Positions 11,067-22,658 of a stretch of 64,000 nt of DNA are shown here, in pieces. The notes below the pieces were generated by a model that did not search any database, was not told the origin of the DNA, and saw only the letters and a program-made list of their open reading frames with translations. A program made the position numbers and the translations under genes. Positions within the stretch are counted from its first letter, which is position 1. Each line of letters begins with the position of its first letter. This stretch comes from Naegleria gruberi (lineage: Eukaryota), in the NCBI GenBank assembly GCA_000004985.1, contig GG738874.1; one strand, written 5' to 3'.

Positions 11067-13022
11067 ATGGTTTTGTATGATAATAATGATGATGATTTTG
11101 GAATGAAAATTGTGGAATGTTCGGGACAGACTGAAGGATCATCGACAACTATAACAACAACAGAATTGGCTAGTAGTGTGGATGCTGGTTGGACTTTGAT
11201 GAATGGCGCATTAGTGATGTGTAAGTATGGGTGGTTATTGATTTTAGTTGATGGTTTTGATAGTTATGCAGGCTGGGTAAGTTTAGGAAATTATATCGGA
11301 TTCGAATAATGTCATGATGATAGTTTTGCATTTCTTGAAGCTGGTGGTGTTAGGTCGAAAAATGTGGCCAATATTTTGCTGAAAATTGTAATGTCAGTTT
11401 CCATCTCGACAATGGCTTGGTTCTGTATTGGTTATGGAATTGCTTTTGGTGACCAAAAGACTGAGACGAGAAATGGCTTCTTTGGAAATGCATCCTTCTT
11501 CTTATTGGGTGGAAATGAAGATAATAATTATTTTTTCTTTCATTGGAGTTTTGCTGCAGTGACCAGTTCAAGTAAGTATGAGAGTTCAATAGCAAGTTAA
11601 TGACCTATTTGAAAAGTTGTGAGTGGTGCTGTTGCTGAAAGAATGAATTTGTCTGCATTCTTCATGTGTTCATTCTTAATGACAGGATTCATTTATGCAC
11701 CAGTTGCTCACTGGATTTGGTCTACAACTGGTTGGTTGTCAGGATTCAATGAAACCATGTTCAGACTCGGCTATGTTGGAGTTTCAGATTATGCTGGTGG
11801 TGTTGTTGTCCATGTAAGTATCTGTTATAGCTCAATAACAATTCACAATTCAAGTTGACTGGTGGTATTTGTGGCCTCGTTGGAGCCATTATGGTTGGTC
11901 CAAGAATTGGAAGGTTTGTTAATGGTAAAACTATGAAAATTGAAGGTCACAACAAGACTCTTGTCTTGTTGGGCGGTTTGATTTTGTGGTTTGGTTGGGT
12001 AAGTATTATTTCACTAATTATCATTACAATAATCAATAACAAGTATGGATTCAATTCGGGCTCAGTATTAAAATTGAGTGGTGGAATGTCAAAGATTGCC
12101 AGCTTTGCAAGTACCAATACAACACTTGCAGGTGCAGCAGGTGCCCTTATGTGTATGTTGTGGTCTTGTTTCCAAAATGGGCAGTAAGTAGTTCAATAAG
12201 GTTTACCCTCTCTAATATATCACAAAACTCTACTAAGGTATGACCTTACTGAGAGCTTGAATGGTTGCTTGGCTGGCTGCGTTTCAATCACGCCTATTTG
12301 TGCCCTCATTGAACCATGGGCCTCTGTGATTGTAGGATCAAGTGGAGCAATTGTTTACATTATAGGAACATGGTTGCTTGAATTCTTTCATGTTGATGAC
12401 CCAGTGAATGCAGTACCAGTGCACGCATTTTGTGGAGCTTGGGGATTATTGATGGGAGGATTATTTGCCACTAAGCAACAGTAAGTGTTTCAATTTATCC
12501 AAATCTCCTAACAATGTCCGAACAAATAATTTCCAATTAATTGTTTTCAATAATTAATGTGATTATGAAAGAATGATTCTCCTATATTCTCTTCCAGCCG
12601 ATAACCCATACTATGGAGTATTTTATAGTTATAATTGGGAATTGTTAGGAATTAATTTGTTTGCCATAATTATTGTAACCATTTGGGTTACTTTCTCATC
12701 CGTAATCATGTTCTTTTTAATTGATATCACAATTGGTTTGAGAGTTCTTCCACAAGATGAACTAGTTGGTTTGGATCACAAGTATGGTGGAATGGCCTAT
12801 AACAATGAAGACAATGTCCACATTTTCAGTGCTTCCTCATCAGAAAATACTCTAGCCAAACAAGCTTACAAAACAGTTCAATTCGTCCAACAACAAAAGA
12901 AATACTCAAACACGACTACAGAACTATCAGAACAATTAGATTCCCAACACTCTGTCGGATCATTTAATAGCAAACCTCATCGTCCTTACCAACATCAACA
13001 ACAACAACAACAGTGGAGGTAA
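11067..13022 (+). CDS. amt: ammonium transporter (Amt/MEP family), tandem copy 2; same exon plan plus one extra intron (after ...FQNGQ, about 12187-12237); poly-Q C-terminal tail
   Basis: Same micro-exon ttatgcaggctgg (FMQAG) flanked by GTAAGT introns. Exon 3 encodes GFAFLEAGGVRSKNVANILLKIVMSVSISTMAWFCIGYGIAFGDQKTETRNGFFG... The C-terminal exon encodes ...YNWELLGINLFAIIIVTIWVTF...GLRVLPQDELVGLDHKYGGMAY and ends ...QQQQQQWR* at 13022. No obvious signal peptide (MVLYDNNDDDFGMKIVECSG...). Confidence 0.75.
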
Positions 13023-13344
13023 ATTTTTGTCGTTGGTTCTTTCGTGCTGATTGAAGTTTAGATTGTTCAGTTTAGCAAAGTTTCTACACAAAGAAGGCCA
13101 CAAAAGAACTTGTTTATGTTGAAAATTGAAAGATAGCACCAATCGGTCAAGAAGAATTCGTTCCCGCACATTTTTGCAAAGTGTGAACTGAACATTGGAA
13201 ACCAAAAACAAACAACTTGCCAACAATCGATTGGTTCACCCTTGCCCACCACCACCAACAACAATAATGGATGATGTTGAGTGCCACAATCTTCATTATT
13301 TCGCTTTTTATCATACAACAACAAAAAGAAATAATTAACAACAA

Positions 13345-15232
13345 ATGATAGAGAGAACGAGAAGAAATAATTATTTGGCTGTTGGACTTACTGTGGTAGT
13401 ACTGTTGCTGACGTGCTTTGAGCAGCAAGTAAAAGCACAAACATTATCGGCAGCAGATGTAGATATTGGTTGGACATTGTTGAACGGAGCCTTGGTTATG
13501 TGTAAGTTTTGCTCATCCACACATTGATTGTTGACACATTTATTGTGGCCATTATTGAATTCTCGGTGATTGTTCTTGTAACATTTTAAATCATTTGATG
13601 AAATCAAATCCTAAATAATTAATTAATTTGGACTTGAATAGTTATGCAAGCAGGGTGAGTGATATAATTTAATCCATTATTTCTAATTTGAGCTGTTATA
13701 AAGATTTGCATTTCTTGAAGCTGGTGGTGTTCGTTCTAAAAACGTTGCCAACATCTTATTGAAGATTGTCATGTCTGTTGCCATTTCAACAATGGCTTGG
13801 TTCTGTATTGGTTATGGAATTGCTTTTGGAGATAATGCAATGAGTGAAACTAGAAATGGATTCTTTGGCGTTTCGTCCTTCTTTTTATTGGGAGCTAATG
13901 AATCTCATCATATTTTCTTCTTTCAATGGAGTTTTGCTGCTGTTGCCAGTTCAAGTAAGTTTAGGCTTTTTGAATAATTTTTGACCTATTCGAATAGTTG
14001 TGAGTGGTGCCGTCGCTGAAAGAATGAATTTATCTGCATTCTTCATGTGTTCATTCTTAATGACTGCCTTTATCTATTCTCCAGTTGCTCACTGGATTTG
14101 GTCTACAACTGGTTGGTTATCAGGATTCAATAAGACTTTATTCAGAATTGGTACTGTCGGTGTCACTGATTATGCTGGTGGTGTAGTTGTTCACGTAAGT
14201 ATTTCGATATTCCATGAACATTCCAACATAATTGTGTAAATAGTTGACTGGCGGAATTTGTGGCCTTGTTGGAGCCATTATGGTTGGTCCAAGAATTGGA
14301 AGATTCGTCAATGGAAAAGCTGTCAAGATTGAAGGACACAACAAGACTCTTGTCTTGCTAGGAAGTTTCATTTTGTGGTTTGGTTGGGTAAGTATTATTT
14401 CAATAACTTGTAAATTCTAATTATGGAATAGTATGGTTTCAATGGTGGTTCAACTACTGCATTGAGTGGTGGCTTGTCCAAGATTACAAGTTACGCCAAT
14501 ACTAACACAACCATTGCTGGTGCTGCAGGTGCTCTCATGTGTATGTTTTGGTCTTGTCTTCAAAGTGGACAATATGACCTTACTGAAAGTTTGAACGGTT
14601 GTTTGGCAGGTTGTGTCTCAATTACACCAATTTGTGCCTTTGTTGAGCCATGGGCTGCTGTTCTGGTTGGTGCCACAGGTGCTATGGTTTATATTGGAGG
14701 TACTTTATTATTGGAATATTTACATATTGATGACCCTGTAAGTGCTGTTCCTGTTCATGCATTCTGTGGTGGATGGGGATTGTTCTTGGGAGGTTTCTTT
14801 GCCACAAAGGATTTGTAAGTACTTGTTCTCAAATATTAATACTGACCTAATGTTTCTCAAAATAGACTCATACTCTTCTATGGATTGGACAGTACCGATT
14901 TTGTGACCTATGGTGTCTTGTACAGTTTGAATTGGGAAATTTTGGGTGTTAACATGCTCGGTATTGCAGTTACCACCATTTGGGTTGCATTCTCTTCAGT
15001 AATCATGTTCTTCTTCATTGACATTACCATTGGTCTGAGAGTTCCTCCACAAGATGAATTAGTTGGCTTGGATCACAAGTATGGTGGTGTTGCCTACAAT
15101 AACGAAGATGTTCACCACTATGGTTTCTCAAACAGTGCCTCAGAGAGTACACTCGCTAACTCTGCCTATAAATCAGCCAGAAGTGCTGGTAGTAAAAGAT
15201 CTCACAGAAGAAAATCAGTTGCTAAACCATAA
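13345..15232 (+). CDS. amt: ammonium transporter (Amt/MEP family), tandem copy 3; micro-exon ttatgcaagcagg; N-terminal signal-peptide-like leader
   Basis: MIERTRRNNYLAVGLTVVVLLLTCFEQQVKAQTLSAADVDIGWTLLNGALVM|FMQAG|FAFLEAGGVRSKNVANILLKIVMSVAISTMAWFCIGYGIAFGDNAMSETRNGFFG...SGAVAERMNLSAFFMCSFLMTAFIYSPVAHWIWST...C-term ...LYSLNWEILGVNMLGIAVTTIWVAFSSVIMFFFIDITIGLRVPPQDELVGLDHKYGGVAY... Stop at 15232. Confidence 0.8.
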
Positions 15233-15901
15233 TTGTCATTGTGACAATACGAAACAATTCGATTTATCTGATTATGTATTATAAACTAATCATTCTTAAT
15301 ACTCAATATCGATTAATAGTCAATTACCATATGCAATTTTACAACAATACTTTACAATATCAATATGAAACTCTTTACTAGTAACTTAATCTTTTTGGAT
15401 TGACCTCATGGTCAGCACAAACTCCATAAACAATTTCAACAAATTATTGATCGCATAACATTGATTTCAACTCTTGATTATTTAAATTGTCAACTCTCCA
15501 TATTTTTTAGGAACTTTCTTAACCAATTGCTTTCAATAATCATCTTCCTCAATCGGACGAAAGTCAGAAAAAGAGTTTTACAAAAAATGAGCATTTTCAC
15601 CCAGAGCGAAGATGGCTATTATTATCAATCTCTTTATTTTGTATTGAGTTTCGAGTATTTAATCTGAAACAGTTTTTCAAAGTAAAGAAGAAAAAAAACG
15701 AAACTCTGGTGAAACTATTTTGTGGATTAGTGACCATCATTCTTTTGAGTACTATTAACGCAGTAATTGAACAATAACTTTCTAATACCTCTCCGAAACA
15801 CCGTTCATTTTAAAAGGAACATTGTTAACGAACTCATTTTTCAAACAATTAGAACATTAAGTTAAGAATCTAGACGAAACTATCAAAAAAAAGGAGAAAC
15901 A

Positions 15902-17199
15902 ATGCCCAATAATCAGCAGTTTAGAGCAATTCCTTCATCTTCATCACGAGCACTCGACATTTCTTCATCTACAGATCAAATACTTAACGGAGATTCGAAT
16001 AACAAGTTTCCAACAAGAGATTGTACCTCCTCAAACAGTACATCCACAACAACTGAAGATTATTCAGGGGAAGATGGTGCTGACTATCAATATGAAGATG
16101 GAGCTCTTCAAGAAGAAACAGAAGAAACTAATGGAGACGAAACTTATTCTAATCTTGATTTGAATACTGTCAAGTTATTTGTTGGACAAATTCCATACTC
16201 TTATGGTGAAGATAATTTATATCCATTATTTTCACAATTTGGTCCAGTTGCTGAAATTGTTGTGATTAGAGACAGATTTACATTCAAGTCAAGAGGATGT
16301 GCTTTCGTCTCATTTCGTAGTAAGCAAGATGCGGACACATGCATTAGAGAACTCAATCAAAGATTGAAACTGCCACCTGTAAGTATATTTGATATGTGAT
16401 AATTTTAACTTATTCGAATGGTTTCAATTGAACACCTTTTTTATTCGAAACTTAGTTAAATACCCCTCTCAGAGTTAAATATGCCTACACTGAGCAACAA
16501 TTAGATATTGTTAATGATAATTTTGTAAATAATGCTCCAAATCTAACTACTTCATCCTCGCCTAATGATTCCAATAGTGAAAAATCTCAAGATTTGACAA
16601 TTGCCTCAAATTTCCTCTCCTGTCTCAATATAGATAAGTATGAAATTGGCGTGCCTCATCCAGAAAACAAGCTCTTTATCAGAAATATTCCAAAGAATGT
16701 TACTGAAGATGAGCTCTCAACTCTATTCGAAAGTTTTGGCGAAATTCTTGACGTTGTCGTATTGAGAACGACCATTCATACTTCAAAGGGATGTGGTTTT
16801 ATCAAATTTACCAATTCAGAATCAGCTGATATGGTCATTAACACCTTCAAGAGAGAAATCATTTCACCAATTCAAGAATATCAACAAGGAGCTCAACAAG
16901 AAGGAACAACTATTGGTGGACCTTCTAATCAAAGATTGGTCGAGTTGACTAACAAGCTCCTAGAGAGTAGTTTCCTTATGAAGGGAGCTATCACTCCTCT
17001 ATTGGTTAGATATGCTGATAAGGATTATGTACCAAGTCAATCAACACAAGATGAACATGTCTATAATTCAACAACTACTGGTGGTCATGATTATCACTCT
17101 ACAAATGGAAATCATGGAGGTCATTACAATCCAAGAAGAAGGAAATCTTATCCATTGTCTTATCATAATAATAATAATAATAGAAGAGGATCCTATCAT
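15902..17199 (+). CDS. RNA-binding protein with at least 2 RRM domains (CELF/Bruno-like), 3'-truncated by the assembly gap; exon 1 15902..16378, intron 16379..16455, exon 2 16456 to the gap
   Basis: RRM1 is LFVGQIPYSYGEDNLYPLFSQFGPVAEIVVIRDRFTFKSRGCAFVSF (RNP2/RNP1). RRM2 is KLFIRNIPKNVTEDELSTLFESFGEILDVVVLRTTIHTSKGCGFIKF. PLRVKYAYTEQQ and PLLVRYADKD linkers resemble the ELAV/CELF 'VKFAD' motifs. The reading frame runs into the N run at 17200. Confidence 0.7.
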
Positions 17200-17991
17200 N
17201 NNNNNNNNNNNNNNNNNNNNNNNNNNNNNNNNNNNNNNNNNNNNNNNNNNNNNNNNNNNNNNNNNNNNNNNNNNNNNNNNNNNNNNNNNNNNNNNNNNNN
17301 NNNNNNNNNNNNNNNNNNNNNNNNNNNNNNNNNNNNNNNNNNNNNNNNNNNNNNNNNNNNNNNNNNNNNNNNNNNNNNNNNNNNNNNNNNNNNNNNNNNN
17401 NNNNNNNNNNNNNNNNNNNNNNNNNNNNNNNNNNNNNNNNNNNNNNNNNNNNNNNNNNNNNNNNNNNNNNNNNNNNNNNNNNNNNNNNNNNNNNNNNNNN
17501 NNNNNNNNNNNNNNNNNNNNNNNNNNNNNNNNNNNNNNNNNNNNNNNNNNNNNNNNNNNNNNNNNNNNNNNNNNNNNNNNNNNNNNNNNNNNNNNNNNNN
17601 NNNNNNNNNNNNNNNNNNNNNNNNNNNNNNNNNNNNNNNNNNNNNNNNNNNNNNNNNNNNNNNNNNNNNNNNNNNNNNNNNNNNNNNNNNNNNNNNNNNN
17701 NNNNNNNNNNNNNNNNNNNNNNNNNNNNNNNNNNNNNNNNNNNNNNNNNNNNNNNNNNNNNNNNNNNNNNNNNNNNNNNNNNNNNNNNNNNNNNNNNNNN
17801 NNNNNNNNNNNNNNNNNNNNNNNNNNNNNNNNNNNNNNNNNNNNNNNNNNNNNNNNNNNNNNNNNNNNNNNNNNNNNNNNNNNNNNNNNNNNNNNNNNNN
17901 NNNNNNNNNNNNNNNNNNNNNNNNNNNNNNNNNNNNNNNNNNNNNNNNNNNNNNNNNNNNNNNNNNNNNNNNNNNNNNNNNNNNNNNNNNN
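17200..17991. other. assembly gap (792 N); it truncates the 3' ends of two convergent genes
   Basis: Uninterrupted run of n characters from 17200 to 17991. Confidence 1.
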
Positions 17992-18464
17992 ATTTCATTT
18001 TCCGATTTCTTCTTGTATACCTTTGATGGAAGACCAATGACAGTTTCCTTTTCCTTATTCCACACTCTGAATTTGCTAAATACTTCTGGATTGCACAAAT
18101 CAGGCATTTGAAGCCCAATTCCTGATGTATATAATGCTCGCAGTGATTCCTTTTGCAATCTCAAGTTTGGTGTAAGTTTTGGATGTTTTTTATCAAATTC
18201 TTTATCGGAATGTTCCAAATATTTATCAATCAATTCAATCATTTCCTCCTCAGTACAACAAGTTTTCTTTACTCTAATATCTGCACCGAAAATTTGTTCG
18301 TGAATATAAAGATATCTCTTGAATGTTGGCACAACTTTAGTATCTCTGATTTGTTTTTGTTCCTTCTTTTTAAAGTCGTGAATACCCTGCTTCTTCATAT
18401 CGATAGCCTTTCGGGATTTTGGATGAACTGGTTTGGTGGTTGTGGCGTTTGCTCCTTTGGTCAT
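17992..18464 (-). CDS. TMA16: TMA16 (translation machinery-associated protein 16) homolog. The N-terminal ~158 aa are present; the C-terminus is lost in the gap
   Basis: ATG at 18464 gives MTKGANATTTKPVHPKSRKAIDMKKQGIHDFKKKEQKQI...CTEEEMIELIDKYLEHSDKEFDKK...GIGLQMPDLCNPEVFSKFRVWNKEKETVIGLPSK. This matches the TMA16 pattern (HP.SRKA...ELIERYL...G.GL.IPD..N...K.FREW) recalled from memory. The ORF runs into the gap. Confidence 0.55.
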
Positions 18465-18728
18465 TTTTTTTTTGAACTTCAAATAAAAAAATTTTCTTGT
18501 ATTTTTGATGATGAATTGTTATGCAAGCAAGAATTGCCTTCGGATTCGAGATGCTTTTCAATTTAGAGATGAATTTCTTTAATATTGGAGAGATGGATTG
18601 TTGTTGGAGGTGAGTGGAAGAGAAAATTATGCACTTGTCAATTTAATTTTGTTGTAAGAGGTTCAACAATGGAGAGAGTTAATAGCACTGTGTCGAGACA
18701 TTTTGTGATCAAAAAAGCTTTAAAAAAA

Positions 18729-19405
18729 ATGTCAGGACAATCTGCTCTCCGTCTCGCAAAGGAATTGAAAGAATTGCAAAAGAATCCAGTCGAAGGTTTC
18801 AGTGCTGGTTTGAAAGAGGACTCAAATATGTATGAATGGGATATTTTAATTGGTAGGTGTTGTTTGGAGTAGAATTATTAGAATTTTTTCATCATTGTTA
18901 TTTGAATTTATTTAATATTATTAATTGTTGCGATTGATGATTTTATTATTTTACATAATAATAATACAATAACAACATCAGTCGGACCACCTGAAACACT
19001 CTATGAAGGAGGAATGGTAAGCTTCAAGATCTTTGTATATTTATTTAAATGTTTCTTTATAGTTCCGTGCTATTATGACCTTCCCAGAAGACTATCCAAA
19101 CAGTCCACCAAAGTTGCAATTCACTACTCCAATTTGGCATCCAAACATTTATTCAGATGGTAAAGTTTGTATTTCTATTCTCCATCCACCAGGTGAAGAC
19201 GTACGGATACGAAAAGGCCAGTGAACGTTGGTTGCCAATTCACTCTGTTGAATCTATTTTAATTTCAGTTATTTCCATGTTGTCTGTTCCAAATGATGAA
19301 TCACCTGCCAATTTGGATGCTGCTAAACAATGGAGAGAAGACAAGGAAGGATACAAGAAGAAAGTCAAGAGACTTGTTAATGACTCTATTGAAAACTTTT
19401 ATTAA
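18729..19405 (+). CDS. UBC7: ubiquitin-conjugating enzyme E2 of the UBC7/UBE2G type; 3 exons (18729..18852, 18982..19016, 19063..19405) with an apparent +1 frameshift at about 19201-19206
   Basis: Exon 1 [41 protein letters not shown]; exon 2 [12 protein letters not shown]; exon 3 [47 protein letters not shown]. The frame must then shift by 1 nt to continue [52 protein letters not shown]...ENFY* (UBC7 consensus HPPGDDP.GYE...ERW.P..SVE.IL.SV.SML.EPNDES.AN.DA). The active-site Cys in HPNIY..G.VCISIL is intact. Confidence 0.75.
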
Positions 19406-21504
19406 GGGATATTATTGGCTCTCTAATGTCAGAAATGAACATATTTCGGGCTCGGGAGCATGAGTAATGCAAATGTCTGACTCAATAGCAAGTGCTGCAA
19501 TTGAGCTTGTAACACCACCTAAATTATAATTAATGTAAAAAAACAATTTCACACCATTAAAAACTTACATGCCCAAAAACATAGGAATCTCATCTTTATG
19601 TACTGTAGCTGAGTCTCCAAAGTCAACCTTACTCAAATCTCTTTAGGATCCGCAATGAATTGGTCCTCAGTGAGTTGTTGTGAATTGATCATTTGTCTGG
19701 AATTGATTGATTCAAATATTTCAAGTTTGGTTGTATCTTTCCAAGTTGTCGGCTGTTCCTGAAATTACTAATTTCTGTAGTTTGAAACGTCCTTGTTTGA
19801 GAGGACTCCAATACTGGACATGGCTAATGATTTAGCTTACAAAATTCTTCAAATTCTGTTACATACTGCAGGCAGAATGACTAAATCTTTACAAAATTAA
19901 AACTGCCCACAGCTCGGTTTTTACGCTGGTGTTTTTTCAATGTTGTTGGTGCATGAGAATCTGTGTGAAGAAGATTCAAGAATCCGTCAACCAGTGCGAT
20001 GACAGGTGCGAATGAAATTTGGCCTTTGAAACTTGGGGAAATAACTCGAAAATTAGTCCACAACATCAAAATCCAAAACATAGTAGTACTAACATACAAA
20101 AACCACCTCTTTAGGATGGTTTCATGTAGGTTTTGGAGAATATGAATTGGTGTTAGAATTACAGTACTTTAACCTATGGGTTAGAGTTGGCTTTCAACCA
20201 ACACTAATGTATGACAAATAAAAATTTAGCTTGTTGTTTGTAAAAATTCTTGTTTTATTTTTGTGGGTTGGAAGCAAGCTGGAAAGTGGGAAATAAATTT
20301 TTTCCTCAACTGATGGGTAAATGTTGAATCTAGTGAACGTAAACCACACAAGCAAACAAACCAGCTAGAAATTGCTAGCTGTGGGTTACCTTTAATTTTG
20401 TAAAGAAATTGGCCTGAATAAAGCCTTTAATCATTACAAAATAAATAATAAAATTCTCAATAAAATTCATATCCTGATGATACAATGCTCAAACTGTCCA
20501 TTCCGAATCAATCGACGAAATTGATAATAGGAGAATATCTTTTGCATTTTTTTTGTAAATTAAAATTGATTCGGCCAATCAAATTGAATTCACATCTACA
20601 GTAACAAGTTCATCAAAATGTTTGCAATTTTCCTTAATATGCCAAATTTCTGAAAAATAAAACTGTAATTGATAAATGTTACAAGTAACTTGAGAAACTC
20701 AAAGACTGTTCTTTCACTACCATTTTCGAATACAAGACAAGCATTTCTGGAAACCGTCTTACTGCTCATTACTGCCAATAATTCCTTCGTTCACAAATTT
20801 TCTAAAGTATCAACTTGCATTTCTTGTCGCATTCACAACTTACCTAAATAATTTATAATTACACGCCATCTTCAATAACTTTCGAATATTGTCATTAGCA
20901 ACACCCTATTTAGCAAGAAAGTTTTTATACAACCAGATATTCATGTTGGTACCCACTACCTCTAAATATTCATTTGTTGATGATAATTTGAGCATACCCG
21001 GGTACAAAGCAAAATCCCTTAAACCTCATCTTCACACAAACAATGAAGAGTATTGAGCACTTGCCTGATGAATCATTTCTCTAACAAAGCATTCCCGCTA
21101 TCAATTCTGACAATTGGTTAATAAAATTGTGCATCAGTCCAAAAAGAATTTCACGCCGGTATCTAATTTGAAACCGCTTACCATTTCCATGTTCATGCTT
21201 TCCTTTTCCATGTCGCAACATTTCTTCAATTTTCCCAAATCAACTTTTCCCTCCAAAACTGAATGGAAAAGAAAAAGTAAATTCATGTCGTGAAATTTAT
21301 TGTTTGAGGTACGTGAAGAAGAATCTTAAGCTTCTGTCTGTATTTGACTTTTATAATTGTTTTTGTTGAGGTGCATGAAGCAACTGTTTCATCATCTGCA
21401 ACGAAATCTTATTGTGAAAAAAACAACTCAAAATCCCCCTCTATTTCAAACACTACTCATTGCGAGTTTTGAAATTCAAATTTACCTCAACATACAACTA
21501 CAGA

Positions 21505-22503
21505 ATGACCCTATTAGATTCCGCCAATTTATTCTCCTCCTTTTCCATTCATACATTCAATACCACTGCCGCCAATGATTCCTCATCTGCTGCCTACTCA
21601 CCAACTCCCGCCAATTCTCGTGCTTGTTTAGCTTGTCGAATGGCCCATAAATCATGTGATAGAGCCAAACCTGCATGTTCGAGATGTATTTCGAGAGGCA
21701 TTGCTCATCTGTGCTGTGAACCATCGACTAAGAAGAGAGGACGACCAAGAAAATGGAAAGATTCTGAAAAACAAGACTCACCTCAAGAACAATATGAAGA
21801 AGAAATTAATTTCAATGCTAATAGTTCACCTCAACCTTCAAATAATGAATCATCATTGAGTCATAGTGAATCTGGAGTTTCGTCTCCAAGTGAGTTGAGT
21901 GCTCAATTGGGAGGTAATTCATCTCCACTCGTTTATAATGTTATTCCATCAAGTACATGCAAGTCACCTGTCGAAGAAGCCTTACTGACAGAAACTTTGA
22001 AAAAGACACAATCTAAAAAACTCAAGTTTATCAAGATTATGAACTATAACCCAAATCATAGAGAAACTTTCTCACCAAGATTTACAATTACTTCCTCAGA
22101 AAAGAAACATACTCTTTCCACACCTCAAGATAATCAACCTTCTCAAAAGAAGAGAAAGACCAAGTCAACTAATCCAATTCTTTCCTCTACTAACTACCAA
22201 ACCTCAACTGTCAGCCAACCAAGTCAACCACTTGTTGAAATTAATGTGAAATCTGTTCAATCCTCTCCTGTAACATCACCAAGTTCAGTTCCTACCCAAT
22301 TTTCTCCAATTCCTTCACCAACAGTTATATATTCGCAAACACCTTTCACTCAACCAACATTTATCCCAAACAATTCTCAATTTTACTATCCTACTGCCAT
22401 TTCTACTAACCAACCTCGTCATTGTGATGAGGGGCGAATTGTCAACAACAATCAAGTGAAATTACCTTCAATTTATAGCTTGCTTTCATCGCTCCAAGAA
22501 TAA
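21505..22503 (+). CDS. Zn(II)2Cys6 binuclear-cluster (fungal-type) transcription factor, Ser/Thr/Pro/Gln-rich C-terminus, 332 aa
   Basis: ATG at 21505. CLACRMAHKSCDRAKPACSRCISRGIAHLCC fits C-x2-C-x6-C-x6-C-x2-C-x8-C, followed by the basic linker KKRGRPRKWK. Low-complexity S/T/P/Q-rich remainder. Confidence 0.8.
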   Translation: MTLLDSANLFSSFSIHTFNTTAANDSSSAAYSPTPANSRACLACRMAHKSCDRAKPACSRCISRGIAHLCCEPSTKKRGRPRKWKDSEKQDSPQEQYEEEINFNANSSPQPSNNESSLSHSESGVSSPSELSAQLGGNSSPLVYNVIPSSTCKSPVEEALLTETLKKTQSKKLKFIKIMNYNPNHRETFSPRFTITSSEKKHTLSTPQDNQPSQKKRKTKSTNPILSSTNYQTSTVSQPSQPLVEINVKSVQSSPVTSPSSVPTQFSPIPSPTVIYSQTPFTQPTFIPNNSQFYYPTAISTNQPRHCDEGRIVNNNQVKLPSIYSLLSSLQE

Positions 22504-22658
22504 ACCATGGTTTTTTTCTCAACTTATTTTACAACTTTATTTTCATTATAACATAGACAACTGTAGTTGTTTATTGTTGTGAGATTTGGATTCTCCATTG
22601 TTCATGATCATCATGAGATCTTCTTTATCTATCTTCCTTGTTAAAAACAATTCTAAGG

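Noticed and set aside
8700-15300. Possibility that the Amt array is a prokaryotic amtB-glnK style operon
   Set aside because: Each copy is interrupted by multiple GT-AG introns including a micro-exon, no glnK-like ORF follows, and the flanking genes are eukaryotic.
17012-18118. Long ORF-track entries consisting mostly of X residues (17012-18040 +, 17099-18118 -, and the X-containing parts of 16594-18111 and 17196-18482)
   Set aside because: These are translations of the 792-N assembly gap. Only the flanking real sequence was interpreted, as the RRM protein 5' part and the TMA16 5' part.
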